A stretch of 64,000 bases of DNA from a virus. The position numbers and the translations under genes were made by a program. How positions within the stretch are numbered: the first letter of the stretch is position 1; each line of letters starts with the position of its first letter. Under the pieces are notes generated by a model. That model made no database searches. It was not told where the DNA came from and saw only the letters and a list, made by a program, of their open reading frames with translations. Of the stretch, positions 29,031-40,375 are shown piece after piece. The stretch lies in the IMG/VR virus record IMGVR_UViG_3300031521_000001; one strand, given 5' to 3'.

Positions 29031-30086
29031 ATGCCAAACATAATAAGACCAAGAAATTTTGAAAAGGAATATAATTTAAACGGTGACATAATTTTACCTG
29101 TTGATAATTCTACATATGGAACAGTTAGTAAACAAATAAATTTATACCAAATAAAAGAATTCTCATTATCTGGTATAACAGATGTGAGTTCAAGTGGAAA
29201 AAATGGCACATCTGGTATGAATGGAATAATTGGTATAGATGGAGAAAACGGTACATCAGGATTATTACCATCGTCAGGATTAACACACGAAGTTAATATA
29301 TTAGATTATTGCGGAGATTGCAATTCAGATATAGTTGGAACTTTCAGGCATAGAATTAAACAAAATTTACCATATTTAGAAATATGTATGCAAACAGGCA
29401 GCAATGAATATTCATGGATTAATTGTATTCCTACTACAACTACAACGACAACTATACCTCCTACAACTACAACGACAACTATACCTCCTACAACTACAAC
29501 GACAACTATACCTCCTACAACTACAACGACAACAACAACATATAATCCATTAACATTAATTAGTATACAACAAAGTGGAGGTACAGCAGATTTGATGACA
29601 ATTTTTAACTCCGGAAATACAACAATAGGAACATTAGCTTATCAATATTCAATAGACAACGGAGTTACATACACAGGTTTATTGGATTACGGTAGCGGTG
29701 TTAGTCCTAGAAATATTGGTAGTCAAATAATTTTTCCAAGAACAGGATTAACATTTAAAATATATGATGTCACATCATCCAGATTATCAAATTCTGCGTT
29801 TTATGATAACAAAGAAACATTAATTCTAAACTCAATCATCAATAGTTCAGGTAGTTTAATTTTAGGATTTAATGATGGAGGACAATCTATATCAGCAATG
29901 GATATATATTATAGATTATCTTCAACAGGAGGAGCATGGATATATGTTAAAAACATATCCGGCGGATTATCTAGCCCAATTAATATAGGACTAAAAACAG
30001 AATATCCATTAACAGCAATTCAAATTATAACAATGGATTATCCAGGATATAGATACTCAAGTATGATTTCTATCATAAATGTATAA
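29031..30086 (+). CDS. Thr-rich (mucin-like) putative virion protein, paralog of 27572-28966
   Basis: Same MPNIIR.RN start and YCGDCNS..GTFR..YLEICM module; (TTTTTTIPP)n. Confidence 0.6.
   Translation: MPNIIRPRNFEKEYNLNGDIILPVDNSTYGTVSKQINLYQIKEFSLSGITDVSSSGKNGTSGMNGIIGIDGENGTSGLLPSSGLTHEVNILDYCGDCNSDIVGTFRHRIKQNLPYLEICMQTGSNEYSWINCIPTTTTTTTIPPTTTTTTIPPTTTTTTIPPTTTTTTTTYNPLTLISIQQSGGTADLMTIFNSGNTTIGTLAYQYSIDNGVTYTGLLDYGSGVSPRNIGSQIIFPRTGLTFKIYDVTSSRLSNSAFYDNKETLILNSIINSSGSLILGFNDGGQSISAMDIYYRLSSTGGAWIYVKNISGGLSSPINIGLKTEYPLTAIQIITMDYPGYRYSSMISIINV
29434..29533 (+). repeat. 27-bp tandem repeat x3.7 encoding TTTTTTIPP
   Basis: ctacaactacaacgacaactatacctc at 29434, 29461 and 29488, partial copy at 29515. 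Confidence 0.9.
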
Positions 30087-30198
30087 CAATTTGATTTATA
30101 AAAATATAATAAATAAAATCTATTTTATTGAATAGATTTTGTTTATTTTTATATAAACTATTTTTATTTTTATTAATATATTAAATAAAAATTAATTT

Positions 30199-30831
30199 AT
30201 GACTAATCCAAAAGTGAGTGTAATAATGGCATCATATTTATTACCATATCCAGGTTCTGCATCTAATAGGGACAAAAAATTTATTCGTGCAGTAAACAGT
30301 TTTAAAAAACAGACATATAAAAATATAGAATTGATTATAGTATCAGATGGTTGTCAAATAACTATTGATTTATATAATAAATATCTTATTAATGATAAAA
30401 ATATAAAATTAATACAAATACCAAAGCAACAACTATACTCAGGTGAAATGAGAAATATAGCATTTCAGCTTGCAGATGGAGATATAATATCATATTTAGA
30501 TTCTGATGATATATTAGGGTCAAACCATATTCAAAAAATTGTTGATCAATTCGATTTAGATAAATTTGATTGGGTATTTTATAATGATTACTTAGTTCTT
30601 GATAGTACATTTAAAAAATTACAAAAAAGAATTGTAGAACCTCGTTGGACAAGCATAGGAACAAGCTCAATAAGCCACAAGAACATAAAAGAGACAAAAA
30701 CCTTATGGCAAACAGGTTATGGACAAGATTTCGTTGCTGTTGTTAAAATGGCAAGCATTGGATTAAAATTTAAAAAATTAGAAAATACTCCAGAATACTT
30801 GGTATGTCACTATCAGAATGCAGATTATTAA
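30199..30831 (+). CDS. GT2-family glycosyltransferase
   Basis: VSVIMASY, QTYKNIELIIVSDG, RNIAF..A.GDIISYLDSDD. Confidence 0.85.
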   Translation: MTNPKVSVIMASYLLPYPGSASNRDKKFIRAVNSFKKQTYKNIELIIVSDGCQITIDLYNKYLINDKNIKLIQIPKQQLYSGEMRNIAFQLADGDIISYLDSDDILGSNHIQKIVDQFDLDKFDWVFYNDYLVLDSTFKKLQKRIVEPRWTSIGTSSISHKNIKETKTLWQTGYGQDFVAVVKMASIGLKFKKLENTPEYLVCHYQNADY

Positions 30832-30867
30832 AATAAACAATTATACTAAATTATAATATATAAATTT

Positions 30868-31062
30868 ATGAAATATGAAGAATATATAAATGATCCACAT
30901 TCTTATGAATATAATAAATATATATTTGAAAATTCTAAAAATATAAAAAAACATATTACTCAATTAGAATATGAATATTATAAAAGTAAAAATAACTTAA
31001 AATATACTAGAATTGAAAAAATTAACAAATTAAAACAAATTTCAGAAAATGAGCACAAATGA
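30868..31062 (+). CDS. Small hypothetical protein with RxxKIxKL C-terminal motif
   Basis: ORF; TRIEKINKLK. Confidence 0.45.
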   Translation: MKYEEYINDPHSYEYNKYIFENSKNIKKHITQLEYEYYKSKNNLKYTRIEKINKLKQISENEHK

Positions 31063-31273
31063 AAATTATGAACAAACTGGTGATGATGATTTAAAAATCA
31101 CACTGAAACAATATGAAGAACTATTAGAAAAAAATGAATTAGAAATTGATAAATTAAAAGATGAAAATGAAAAATATTCTCATTTACAAGAAATAAGTGA
31201 TGACTATGAAATTGACATAAATATAGTGAGAATGATATTAACCAAAAGAATGTGGTATCAAGAAACTATATAA
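31049..31273 (+). CDS. Small coiled-coil hypothetical protein
   Basis: ORF followed by a terminator hairpin at about 31282-31317. Confidence 0.5.
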   Translation: MSTNENYEQTGDDDLKITLKQYEELLEKNELEIDKLKDENEKYSHLQEISDDYEIDINIVRMILTKRMWYQETI

Positions 31274-31370
31274 TAATATTAGAAAAAGAGTAATAATTCA
31301 ATTATTACTCTTTTTTTGTTTTTTATGAAGGTGTAATTTTTATATATAATAAAAAATTAAACCTGATTAC

Positions 31371-34073
31371 ATGGCAACACCTCTTTATAAATCAATGAAA
31401 AACAAGGGAACATCATTTTACTCTTTCCCAAGTGCTGCAAGTGATGTAAATTTAGCGAATTATAATGATTATTATAATTTAAATTTTACAAAATTTGCGT
31501 TATTAAATATACCAAAGCAAACATTATCAAGTAATAATATGAATGATGGTGTTATGGAATTTATACCAAAATCAAATGTTGGTGAATCTCCTTTTTATTG
31601 TGATGATCCTAATACAGCAAAGCCATCACTATTATCAGAGCAATTAGTTGAATCATTAAGAAATTATGTAGCAAATTATGACACTGCGTTACATGAAAGT
31701 AGAATAAATACAAATACTGATTTTTATAATATCGCAGAACGAAACACACCTACTGAAGAAATATTCTGGAAATGGTGTAGAAAATTAAATATGATAGATT
31801 TTGAACCAGCAGTACATAAAGTTGACTGGGATAAAAACCTAACTGATTTCAATAATGAAAACAGCTCAACAATAACAAATCCTGATTATTTTCGTAAATA
31901 TTTATGGAAAGAAAGGGAAATTATTGATTATCAAACAAAATGGGTAGAAGAAAGCACAGATGATTATCAAGGATCAGATGGCTATCACATTCCTAAATTT
32001 ACTATATCAGGTCAGACCACTAAATTCAAAGTTGGTGATAATATATTATTAAAAAGTAATATATCATCAGACATATCTAATTTATCTGCTATTACTTTTG
32101 GATATTCATATAAAATATCATATATAGAATTTTCAAGTGGAAATACTTACATATGGATAGATACAAATTTTCAAGGTCAAACACAAACTTCATTATTAGG
32201 TACATATTTTAATTTAGATTATCATAAATTAATTGAATACGTTGGAGAAATTAATCAAATAACAAATATTCAGACTGCATCAAGAGTGGGACAAGAAGTA
32301 ACGGCATACATACCAAATCAAGGAGGTGAAACACCAACTATTCTTTTTGGTACAAGAAGCAATACAAATTATTATCCTAATTTAGAGATACCAATACTTG
32401 CAGATGAAATTCAAACTGAAATTATTGGCGCAGAAAGTTTAAATTCTAACATAAGGACCAATCCTCAGGATTATCCTGGATCATTTTTTGGACAATTTGA
32501 CACCGCTGATAATACATATTTATGCTCTGATGGAGATAATGTAAGATACCAAGGTGATTACTATGGCGTAAATTTAACTAATAACACAGGATTAAATTCT
32601 GATGATTATATTGAAAAATTAACTGATTTTAATTCTGATTCTATTGATGGAGTTTTTCTTGATGTGGATAGAACACACTATTATAAAATGAACATTGCTG
32701 GATTAGAATGTAAAAATTTTGATGAATTTAGTTCACTATCAATACAAGGACAAGCACCAAAGGATTTTGAATTCAATGCAATATTATGGTATTATGAATT
32801 AGTTGAAAGAGATAGCAATAACAATGTTAACTCTCATGTTAATCTATATGGGATAGAATTTTTAAATAATCCTGACAATGACGATGATAATTTTGCAACA
32901 CAAATATCACCATATAACAAATTAGTGACGAATGGTACACAAGATGGATTATCTTATATGTTTAATTTGAATATAAATTATAATATAGATAATGACGTTA
33001 AACCGTTAACATACGATTCAACAACTATATATAATATGTTTGGATTTGATATGTATAATGAAATGATGAAAAGATTCTATCAAGTAAATGAAAATTTTGT
33101 TAATATTATAAATGAATTTGTTAGAATAAATTTGGATTTACAAGAAATGAAGAGTTTAATATATTCACAAACAGACATTGATGATTTAAAAAGCAAAATG
33201 TCAAATATGGAAAATTTATTAAAATTATATTCAACTAATCAATTTGTTGATTCTGATTCTACTGCAATATCTGTTGATTATTCAGGTATATATCCTAAAC
33301 TTAAAATGAATGTTATTACTGTTGAATATGATGAAATAGAAAAAATTAGCATTTCACAAGTTTATAATTATAATTTGGCTAATACAGGAACATCATATCC
33401 AATATCGACATCTTTCACTAGTAATATGTTATTAAACATAATAAATGATAACATATCAACAAATGGAGGAGATGTTATCATTATGCTAGATCAGGATTTG
33501 AAAAATAAACAAAAAATAGACATTTTAATTGAACCTAAATATGCTCAATATTCACAAAAATTATATTTTAATATGATGTTCAATTATAATGGAGCAATAT
33601 CTGAAGTAAATATTTTTTACACAGATTTACCGAAAGATGTCATAACAGGAAAATATATTAGTTTAACTCCAGAAAAATCTACATTTGATGATAATTTTTA
33701 TTTAAATGAAAATATATATGTTAATTGTACAGATGTATATACAGGAACAACATTATGTGTAGACGGAGAATATGTAGAATTAATATTAACTGAGGATATG
33801 TTCAAATCTGGTAATACTATATATGTACAGAACCTGTATTTTAAAGATACATTTGGTAATGTCATTGATTATAGTGGATCTTATACAATAATAAATAAAT
33901 TAGGTATAAATATAACAATAAACTTGTTACAATCTGTTGTTTGTGGGTATTTATTGGTTGGACAGCCAAGAATTAGTTATTATAGAGGTTTACAAGTTAC
34001 TATGCTTAGAGTAGATGGTAGCAACACATCTTCATTCGCAGATAGATACAACATAACATATAAAATAATTTAA
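31371..34073 (+). CDS. Large putative virion structural protein
   Basis: 900 aa with late-type TATATA upstream, in an operon with baseplate genes; no specific motif. Confidence 0.55.
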   Translation: MATPLYKSMKNKGTSFYSFPSAASDVNLANYNDYYNLNFTKFALLNIPKQTLSSNNMNDGVMEFIPKSNVGESPFYCDDPNTAKPSLLSEQLVESLRNYVANYDTALHESRINTNTDFYNIAERNTPTEEIFWKWCRKLNMIDFEPAVHKVDWDKNLTDFNNENSSTITNPDYFRKYLWKEREIIDYQTKWVEESTDDYQGSDGYHIPKFTISGQTTKFKVGDNILLKSNISSDISNLSAITFGYSYKISYIEFSSGNTYIWIDTNFQGQTQTSLLGTYFNLDYHKLIEYVGEINQITNIQTASRVGQEVTAYIPNQGGETPTILFGTRSNTNYYPNLEIPILADEIQTEIIGAESLNSNIRTNPQDYPGSFFGQFDTADNTYLCSDGDNVRYQGDYYGVNLTNNTGLNSDDYIEKLTDFNSDSIDGVFLDVDRTHYYKMNIAGLECKNFDEFSSLSIQGQAPKDFEFNAILWYYELVERDSNNNVNSHVNLYGIEFLNNPDNDDDNFATQISPYNKLVTNGTQDGLSYMFNLNINYNIDNDVKPLTYDSTTIYNMFGFDMYNEMMKRFYQVNENFVNIINEFVRINLDLQEMKSLIYSQTDIDDLKSKMSNMENLLKLYSTNQFVDSDSTAISVDYSGIYPKLKMNVITVEYDEIEKISISQVYNYNLANTGTSYPISTSFTSNMLLNIINDNISTNGGDVIIMLDQDLKNKQKIDILIEPKYAQYSQKLYFNMMFNYNGAISEVNIFYTDLPKDVITGKYISLTPEKSTFDDNFYLNENIYVNCTDVYTGTTLCVDGEYVELILTEDMFKSGNTIYVQNLYFKDTFGNVIDYSGSYTIINKLGINITINLLQSVVCGYLLVGQPRISYYRGLQVTMLRVDGSNTSSFADRYNITYKII

Positions 34074-34076
34074 CAT

Positions 34077-34727
34077 ATGGACATTTTAATAGAAGATTTA
34101 GTTAATAAAATAAAAAATGTATTTGATACAACTAAGGTATTATCAGTAGATACTATTTACGAGAAAATATTAAATTCAGAAGAATTGAGACTAATAATAT
34201 CAATAAACAAAATTTTATACGATGACATTAATATCATTTACACAAAATTGATTTTTACAACGGATAACACGAAATCAAAACTAACGAAAAATTACTTTAC
34301 ATATTTACATGACATTAATTGTGAATATGTTAGAATTGAATTTTCTAGCTTAGATGATTTTGAAAATAAAATAAAAAATACATTCAAAGAAAATAAATTT
34401 GGAGAAAATATTAAAATACTGTCTGATTTTATAAAATCACCAGCTACTTTAATTAATAAATGGTTTGAAAATAATGAAGTTTCAAATATATCAGTTACTA
34501 ATGTAGATGAACCAAAAATATCTATTATGCCTTGCAAATCAATATATTTTAATTTCAAATTATCATTAAGTAATAATCAAAATGTAGATTTAACTATTAC
34601 AAAAAATGGAGAAGATGAATACAACTTTAAATTCGAAATATTTAAAGAAAAATATGAAGTAAAAGAAATAAATCTCAAACGATTAGTTGAAACAATAGGA
34701 GAAAATCTAAAAAAACACATCAAATAA
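34077..34727 (+). CDS. Hypothetical protein
   Basis: 216-aa ORF in the operon. Confidence 0.55.
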   Translation: MDILIEDLVNKIKNVFDTTKVLSVDTIYEKILNSEELRLIISINKILYDDINIIYTKLIFTTDNTKSKLTKNYFTYLHDINCEYVRIEFSSLDDFENKIKNTFKENKFGENIKILSDFIKSPATLINKWFENNEVSNISVTNVDEPKISIMPCKSIYFNFKLSLSNNQNVDLTITKNGEDEYNFKFEIFKEKYEVKEINLKRLVETIGENLKKHIK

Positions 34728-34745
34728 AAAATAATTTAAAAAAGA

Positions 34746-36698
34746 GTGGCAAGAATCTCAAAACTTAATAGAATTTTCAATAGCATAGAATTAAATTATG
34801 CAAATTTAACAAATCAGTTAAATAATTGGATCAGTGCAACTTATAAAAAATCAAATATTCTTTATAATTCTGCTTCTCCATATGGACAAATTTTGAATTT
34901 TGTTAAAGAAATATTCATACAAAATATATTATATGTCAAAAATGCAGTAAGACAATTAGATATAGATCAAGCTGTTACTATCAGAACGATAAGAAATATC
35001 GCAAGAATTTCAGGACACAATCCATCTAGGGCAATATCAGCTCAAGGAACATTGAAATTTAAACTTAAGCAAGGAACAGATATCAGTCAGATTGCAGGTG
35101 GTAAAATTATAATATACAATGAAACACAATTAAAAAATATATCTAATAGTCTTTATTATTCAATAAAAACAGGAACGTATAGAAATTATTATACTTTAAA
35201 AAGTGGTTGTCAATTTTTCATTAATATAGTTCAAGGTAAATATGAAACACAAACATTCACTGGTGATGGTACATTATCTCAATCATTTCAAGTTGTAGTT
35301 AGCAACAATTCAACAATTGATAATTTTGATTTTCAAATATCATTAAATGGAGTAACATTAAAAGTAAGAGATCATTTATATGATATGCTACAAGATGAAT
35401 ATGCATGTTATACTAGAACTGGATTTAACGGTGGATTAGATGTATACTTTGGTAATGGTATAAATGGTTGTATTCCTAATATTGGTTCTGTCATAGAAGT
35501 TAAATATTTAACAACAAATGGATTGGCTGGCAATATATTAAATAACAATATCAATGGATTCAATTTTATTACAGATATATATGACAGTGAAGGTAACATT
35601 ATACAAGCTGATAAATTATTTGATATTTTTATAGAAACTGATATAAATTTTGCCAGTGATGGTGAGAGTATTGAATATACCAGATCTGTAATTCCTTATG
35701 TGTCAAGAAATTTTGTTCTTGCTACACCTGATCAATTTATATACCATCTAATGAAATTGAATATGTTTTCAAAAGTTAACGCATTCAATACATTAGATAC
35801 TATTAAAATTGATCTAAATTCTTCTACTACCAATTTAGTAGAAACAAATTTAAATGAAATGTATTTGTATTTAATACCAAGAATAACAGATCATTTTTCA
35901 TCTAGTGTTAATTATTTTAATGTTCCTTTTGATTATTTTTATCTTAATCAAGATGAAAAAAATAGAATTATAAGTTATCTTAAAATTCAAGGTATTGTTA
36001 GTATATCATCAATAATAAATATCATAGATCCAATAATAAAAAAATATATAGTAAATGTTTTTATTAGAAGGTATGATGATACATCAGAAGATAATATCAG
36101 AGAACAAGTTCTTGATACATTATCAACATACTTCTCTTCATATAGTAGATATGATAGAATTGTAAAAGCGAATTTAATAACAGAATTAAAAGATATTGAT
36201 GGAATAGATTCTATAAATTTGGAATTTGTAGGTAAAGACAATGAAGATTACAATAGAAATGGAGCATTATTATCCTCTACGCAACCAAATGTATTACAAT
36301 CTACTTATGTGTCTAATTCTAACTCTGTAAATGCATACACTAATGTATATCAAAGTACAATAACATCAGCAAACAACTCAAACGCTATGAAATCTGATAG
36401 TAGTAAATCTGCAACAACTCCAAATTATTCAAGTTCAATAATTGGAAATTCAAATTTATCTGCTTCTATTGGTAATAGCACAGTTGTATCATATAATAAT
36501 ACATCACAATATGATTCATCAAAACTGATTGGATTAGATCCAGTGTTGGGTGATATCATCATAGGAAACAACGAACTAGTAGTATTAAGAGGTGGTTGGA
36601 TAAATAGAAACGGTATTTATTTTGGAGAAGATCCTACATCATCATCAGGATTTAGTACTGTTAATATTATTTGGAAAGGAGTAACATACAGAACATAA
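34746..36698 (+). CDS. gp6: Baseplate wedge subunit (T4 gp6-like)
   Basis: IRNIARISGHNPSRAISA, VYFGNG..G.IP..GS.IEVKYLTTNG..GN, DGESIE...RNFVLAT.DQF. Confidence 0.8.
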   Translation: MARISKLNRIFNSIELNYANLTNQLNNWISATYKKSNILYNSASPYGQILNFVKEIFIQNILYVKNAVRQLDIDQAVTIRTIRNIARISGHNPSRAISAQGTLKFKLKQGTDISQIAGGKIIIYNETQLKNISNSLYYSIKTGTYRNYYTLKSGCQFFINIVQGKYETQTFTGDGTLSQSFQVVVSNNSTIDNFDFQISLNGVTLKVRDHLYDMLQDEYACYTRTGFNGGLDVYFGNGINGCIPNIGSVIEVKYLTTNGLAGNILNNNINGFNFITDIYDSEGNIIQADKLFDIFIETDINFASDGESIEYTRSVIPYVSRNFVLATPDQFIYHLMKLNMFSKVNAFNTLDTIKIDLNSSTTNLVETNLNEMYLYLIPRITDHFSSSVNYFNVPFDYFYLNQDEKNRIISYLKIQGIVSISSIINIIDPIIKKYIVNVFIRRYDDTSEDNIREQVLDTLSTYFSSYSRYDRIVKANLITELKDIDGIDSINLEFVGKDNEDYNRNGALLSSTQPNVLQSTYVSNSNSVNAYTNVYQSTITSANNSNAMKSDSSKSATTPNYSSSIIGNSNLSASIGNSTVVSYNNTSQYDSSKLIGLDPVLGDIIIGNNELVVLRGGWINRNGIYFGEDPTSSSGFSTVNIIWKGVTYRT

Positions 36699-36700
36699 TT

Positions 36701-36988
36701 ATGAAATATTTGAAAAAATTTGAAAAAAAGAATCTAATATACATAGAGGGTGATCATGTGTTTGTTTCTGGCTATCCAGATATTAACAATTTTTGTCAAA
36801 TATCTAAAATCAATAGTCATAAATCAAATGGTGGTTGGGATTATATGGTTAATTTTTTTGACGATGATGGATATCATTCATTTCCTAACGGAATACACAT
36901 AGATGAAGATGATATAGATAGATATTTAACAGCAGATGAAATTTTAGAATATGAAATAAAAATATCATCTGATAAATATAATATTTAA
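36701..36988 (+). CDS. Small tagged protein (MKYLKKFE...DKYNI)
   Basis: The ATG at 36701 gives both family motifs. Confidence 0.65.
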   Translation: MKYLKKFEKKNLIYIEGDHVFVSGYPDINNFCQISKINSHKSNGGWDYMVNFFDDDGYHSFPNGIHIDEDDIDRYLTADEILEYEIKISSDKYNI

Positions 36989-37266
36989 TTATTCAAAAAC
37001 TCGTTGATTATATCATCTTTGTTATCTAATACATAGTTATGTATATAATATGCGAGTTTTTTATAATTTTTATATTCATATATATCCTTAATATTATAAT
37101 CAGTTAAAAAATTATCATCACAAGATAATAAATATTCATTTTCTACATCAAACCAATACACCAGCTCATATATTTTATCAACAACTTTCATGGATAACAA
37201 TACTGCTACTCCATTGTTTATTTTTCCTATATAATCAATTACAGATATAAAATTTGACTCATCCAT
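36985..37266 (-). CDS. Hypothetical protein
   Basis: 93-aa ORF divergent from the gp25-like gene. Confidence 0.55.
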   Translation of the reverse strand: MDESNFISVIDYIGKINNGVAVLLSMKVVDKIYELVYWFDVENEYLLSCDDNFLTDYNIKDIYEYKNYKKLAYYIHNYVLDNKDDIINEFLNN

Positions 37267-37312
37267 TTACAATCTATCTTTTTTTATATATATAATAAAA
37301 ATAAGGTTTAAA

Positions 37313-37684
37313 ATGGCTCTAAATGATATAAAAGATTTTAGCATAAGATATCCTGGTCACCCAAAATACTCATCAGATAAAATCATAGAAGATGATGATG
37401 TTGAAGTTATAGTTCAAAAATTAGAAATGATACTATACACAAACAAAGGCGATGTATTGGGTGATGAAGACATGGGCGCAAATTTGGAATACTATCTTTG
37501 GCAAACTAATGTTACAACAGAAACACTAAAAAATTTAGTAGATGAGCAAATTCAGATATATATACCTGAACTATTAGCGATTGGCTACAATTTTGATTTG
37601 TATTTATATGAAGGAACATTACAGGATATTCTACGCTTAGATTTTTCAATAAAAGGATATAATATTGAATTTATTTATGAATAA
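37313..37684 (+). CDS. gp25: Baseplate gp25-like protein
   Basis: IVQKLEMILYTNKGDVLGDEDMGANLEYYLW...QIQIYIPE. Confidence 0.75.
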   Translation: MALNDIKDFSIRYPGHPKYSSDKIIEDDDVEVIVQKLEMILYTNKGDVLGDEDMGANLEYYLWQTNVTTETLKNLVDEQIQIYIPELLAIGYNFDLYLYEGTLQDILRLDFSIKGYNIEFIYE

Positions 37685-38088
37685 TTATATTTTCACTGAT
37701 ATTGATGGAGTTTTAAATCCTAAATATAAAAAGAATTGGGATAAAAAATGTATTAATAATTATAATAGAATTTGTAGCGATTTAAATTTAATTGCTATCA
37801 TAACATCAACATGGAGAGTTAGATATACAATAGAAGAATTACAAAAAATATTCATTAAACAAGGAATAAAAGTAATTATAAATGATTACACACCAATTTT
37901 AAATACTGATAGAGGGTTAGAAATAAAAAAAATGGTTAGATGATAATGAGCATGATAAATATGTAATTATTGATGATAAAATTTCTGAAATAGTACCGTA
38001 TGTTAATAATATAATACACTGTAAAGGATGGATTGGATTAACAGAAGAACATTACGAAGAAATAAAAAAAATGATGAATTATGGCTGA
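37677..38088 (+). pseudogene. HAD-superfamily (Swiss-army-knife RNA-repair type) protein with a 1-nt frameshift in an A run
   Basis: YIFTDIDGVLN, ITSTWR, RGLEIKK; deleting one A near 37930 continues WLDD..YVIIDD..GLTEE to the TGA at 38088. Confidence 0.7.
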
Positions 38089-38596
38089 TAATAAAGTTGA
38101 AGATTTTATATTAACAACAGAAATTGTAAATGAAATAACAATAAAAGAAAATTTAGGTAAACCTTTAAAAAGGTTTGAAAAATTGTGGTTCTCTAACATG
38201 AGAGGTATTCGCAGAACAAATCTAACATTTGCTATGACTGAGTTAGAATTTGAAGAATATATAAAATGTAAAATCAATGTTCAATATTTTGCTGAACATT
38301 ATTGTCAAATTAAAAGAGAAGATGGTTCAATTGGTCCAATGAAACTACGTGACTATCAAAAAGATATTATTGACTTATATACAAAAAATTCAAGAAGTAT
38401 ATTAATGGCAAGTCGGCAGACAGGAAAATGTAATTATTTTAACAACAAAGTTTTGATGAAAAATATTGACGGTACAGAATATACTATATCTATTGGAGAG
38501 TTATATTATAATGAATTAAAGAAGGATAGGAAGTTTAATATATTTGAAAAAATAAAAATACTTTTATATAAAATAATAGATAAAATTGAAAAATAA
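38081..38596 (+). CDS. terL: Terminase large subunit N-terminal part + split intein N-fragment (Cys117 at 38429)
   Basis: YFAEHYCQI, LRDYQ, Walker A start ASRQTGK, then intein block A CNYFNNKV...ISIGELY. Confidence 0.9.
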   Translation: MADNKVEDFILTTEIVNEITIKENLGKPLKRFEKLWFSNMRGIRRTNLTFAMTELEFEEYIKCKINVQYFAEHYCQIKREDGSIGPMKLRDYQKDIIDLYTKNSRSILMASRQTGKCNYFNNKVLMKNIDGTEYTISIGELYYNELKKDRKFNIFEKIKILLYKIIDKIEK

Positions 38597-38625
38597 AAAA
38601 TTGTGACTAAAAGTCACAATTTTTT
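38596..38625. terminator. Bidirectional terminator after terL-N
   Basis: aaaaattgtgact-aaa-agtcacaatttttt. Confidence 0.75.
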
Positions 38626-38632
38626 AAAAAGT

Positions 38633-40254
38633 TTATTTTTTATAAATAAATTTCATATTTCCGGAATCATATATTCTATAAATTTTTCTTTCTAGCATAA
38701 TATCATGTTCTGTTTTATTAATGTTATTAATATTTTCTTTTATTAATTTATTTTTTTTGAAATTAAATCTATCTTTTTTTATCCCATTAATTATATAACA
38801 ATATGAAGGTGATGTATTTTTTATAAAATTAAATCCTAATTTATAACACATTTCTCCTTTACTCCAAGATTTATCATCATAACATATTATTTCATCATAA
38901 TCATATTTATCTATAAAATAATCAAAAATTTTATTATATCCTTCTATAACTATAGTATTTAATTTATCACAAAATCTCAACATTTCACAAGATTTATAAT
39001 CATTTTTATGCTGTTTATCTTTTTTTATATTACCAAATATCATTAATGACACGAGAGAATCTTCATAATAAAGTCCAATTTTAATTTTAGAATTTATATA
39101 TCCTTGTAAATGATTTTTATTTAAAAAATCATTTACAATATTATTATCTGATATTTCGATTATATTAGTTTTTGTTGATAATATTTTATTTTCAATATTA
39201 TCTAATATATTTAAAATTTTTGATTTTATAATGTCTTTTTTGTATATCCAATCATCTTCATAAATATGAATTAATTGTATTCCTTTATCTTCACACATTT
39301 TAGTTTTCATTGAATGATAATTATTTGGTTTATACAATTCATTGTGCCAATATAATCCATTAAATTCAAATGCCAATTTTAAATCTGTAATATAAATATC
39401 CAACTCAAAAGGATTTATTACAAATCTATCATTTTTAACAATATTATAATTACAATTATTAAAAATAAAATCACATACATCATTTTCTTTATCTGAATTT
39501 GAACTTCCTATTGGATTACAAATAGTACACAACGATGTATCTGTACATATTCTATTATAAAATATAGTTTTTGGAATTTCAAATTTATGTCCTTTTTCAC
39601 ACTTACATATATAATTATATTTTTCGTAATTCACATCTAATAAATTATATTTAGCATACATGTTTATTAGTCTTTCCTTTCTTTTATCAAATATTTTTTC
39701 TCTAATATAATCCACTTTAAATATACTATCTACACCATATTTTTTAAGACAAGTTTCTTTATTTTTAATCATATTATTATAATTTTTATCACCATATTTT
39801 TCTAATTTTGTTTCTTTATTTTTAATCATATTATTATAATTTTCATTACCATATTTTTCTAATTTTATTTTTTTTATATTTTTTTAGAACATTCTAATTT
39901 ATTAAAATGATCAACTCCATATTTTTTGAGACAAGTTTCTTTATTTTTTTCTATGTTATTATAATTTTTATTTCCATATTTTTTTAATTTTGTATCTTCT
40001 GTTTTTAAATGTTTACATTTAATACAATAATACATTTTAGATTTTTCAATGTTATTATTATATAATCTATATTGTATATATTTTTCATCCCCACAATTAT
40101 CACATTTCACATTAACTTTAAAGGCACTTGTTTTTTGTAAATCTTCTATTTTAATATTGAAATTATCACCAGTTTTTAATATATATCCTATACTTCTATA
40201 ATATGTAATATTTTTACTACTTACACTAATATTCACAAAATCATCAATTATCAT
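38633..40254 (-). mobile_element. Inverted free-standing endonuclease (paralog of 5745-7334) between the two terL halves; split into 126- and 398-aa ORFs by a -1 frameshift in an A7 run
   Basis: N-part aligns with the N-terminus of the 5745-7334 protein (CDNCGDEK); C-part has FELDIYITDLKLAFEFNGLYWH and the GNAT-like tail; frames differ by 2. Confidence 0.8.
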
Positions 40255-40375
40255 ATTCGTTTTTTAATTATATATTAATATTTGATAGGTCAAAATGTAA
40301 TATAACTATTAAAAATAAATAAAAATAAATACACTCATCATTTTTTAATATATAATTAAAAATTAATTAAAATTA

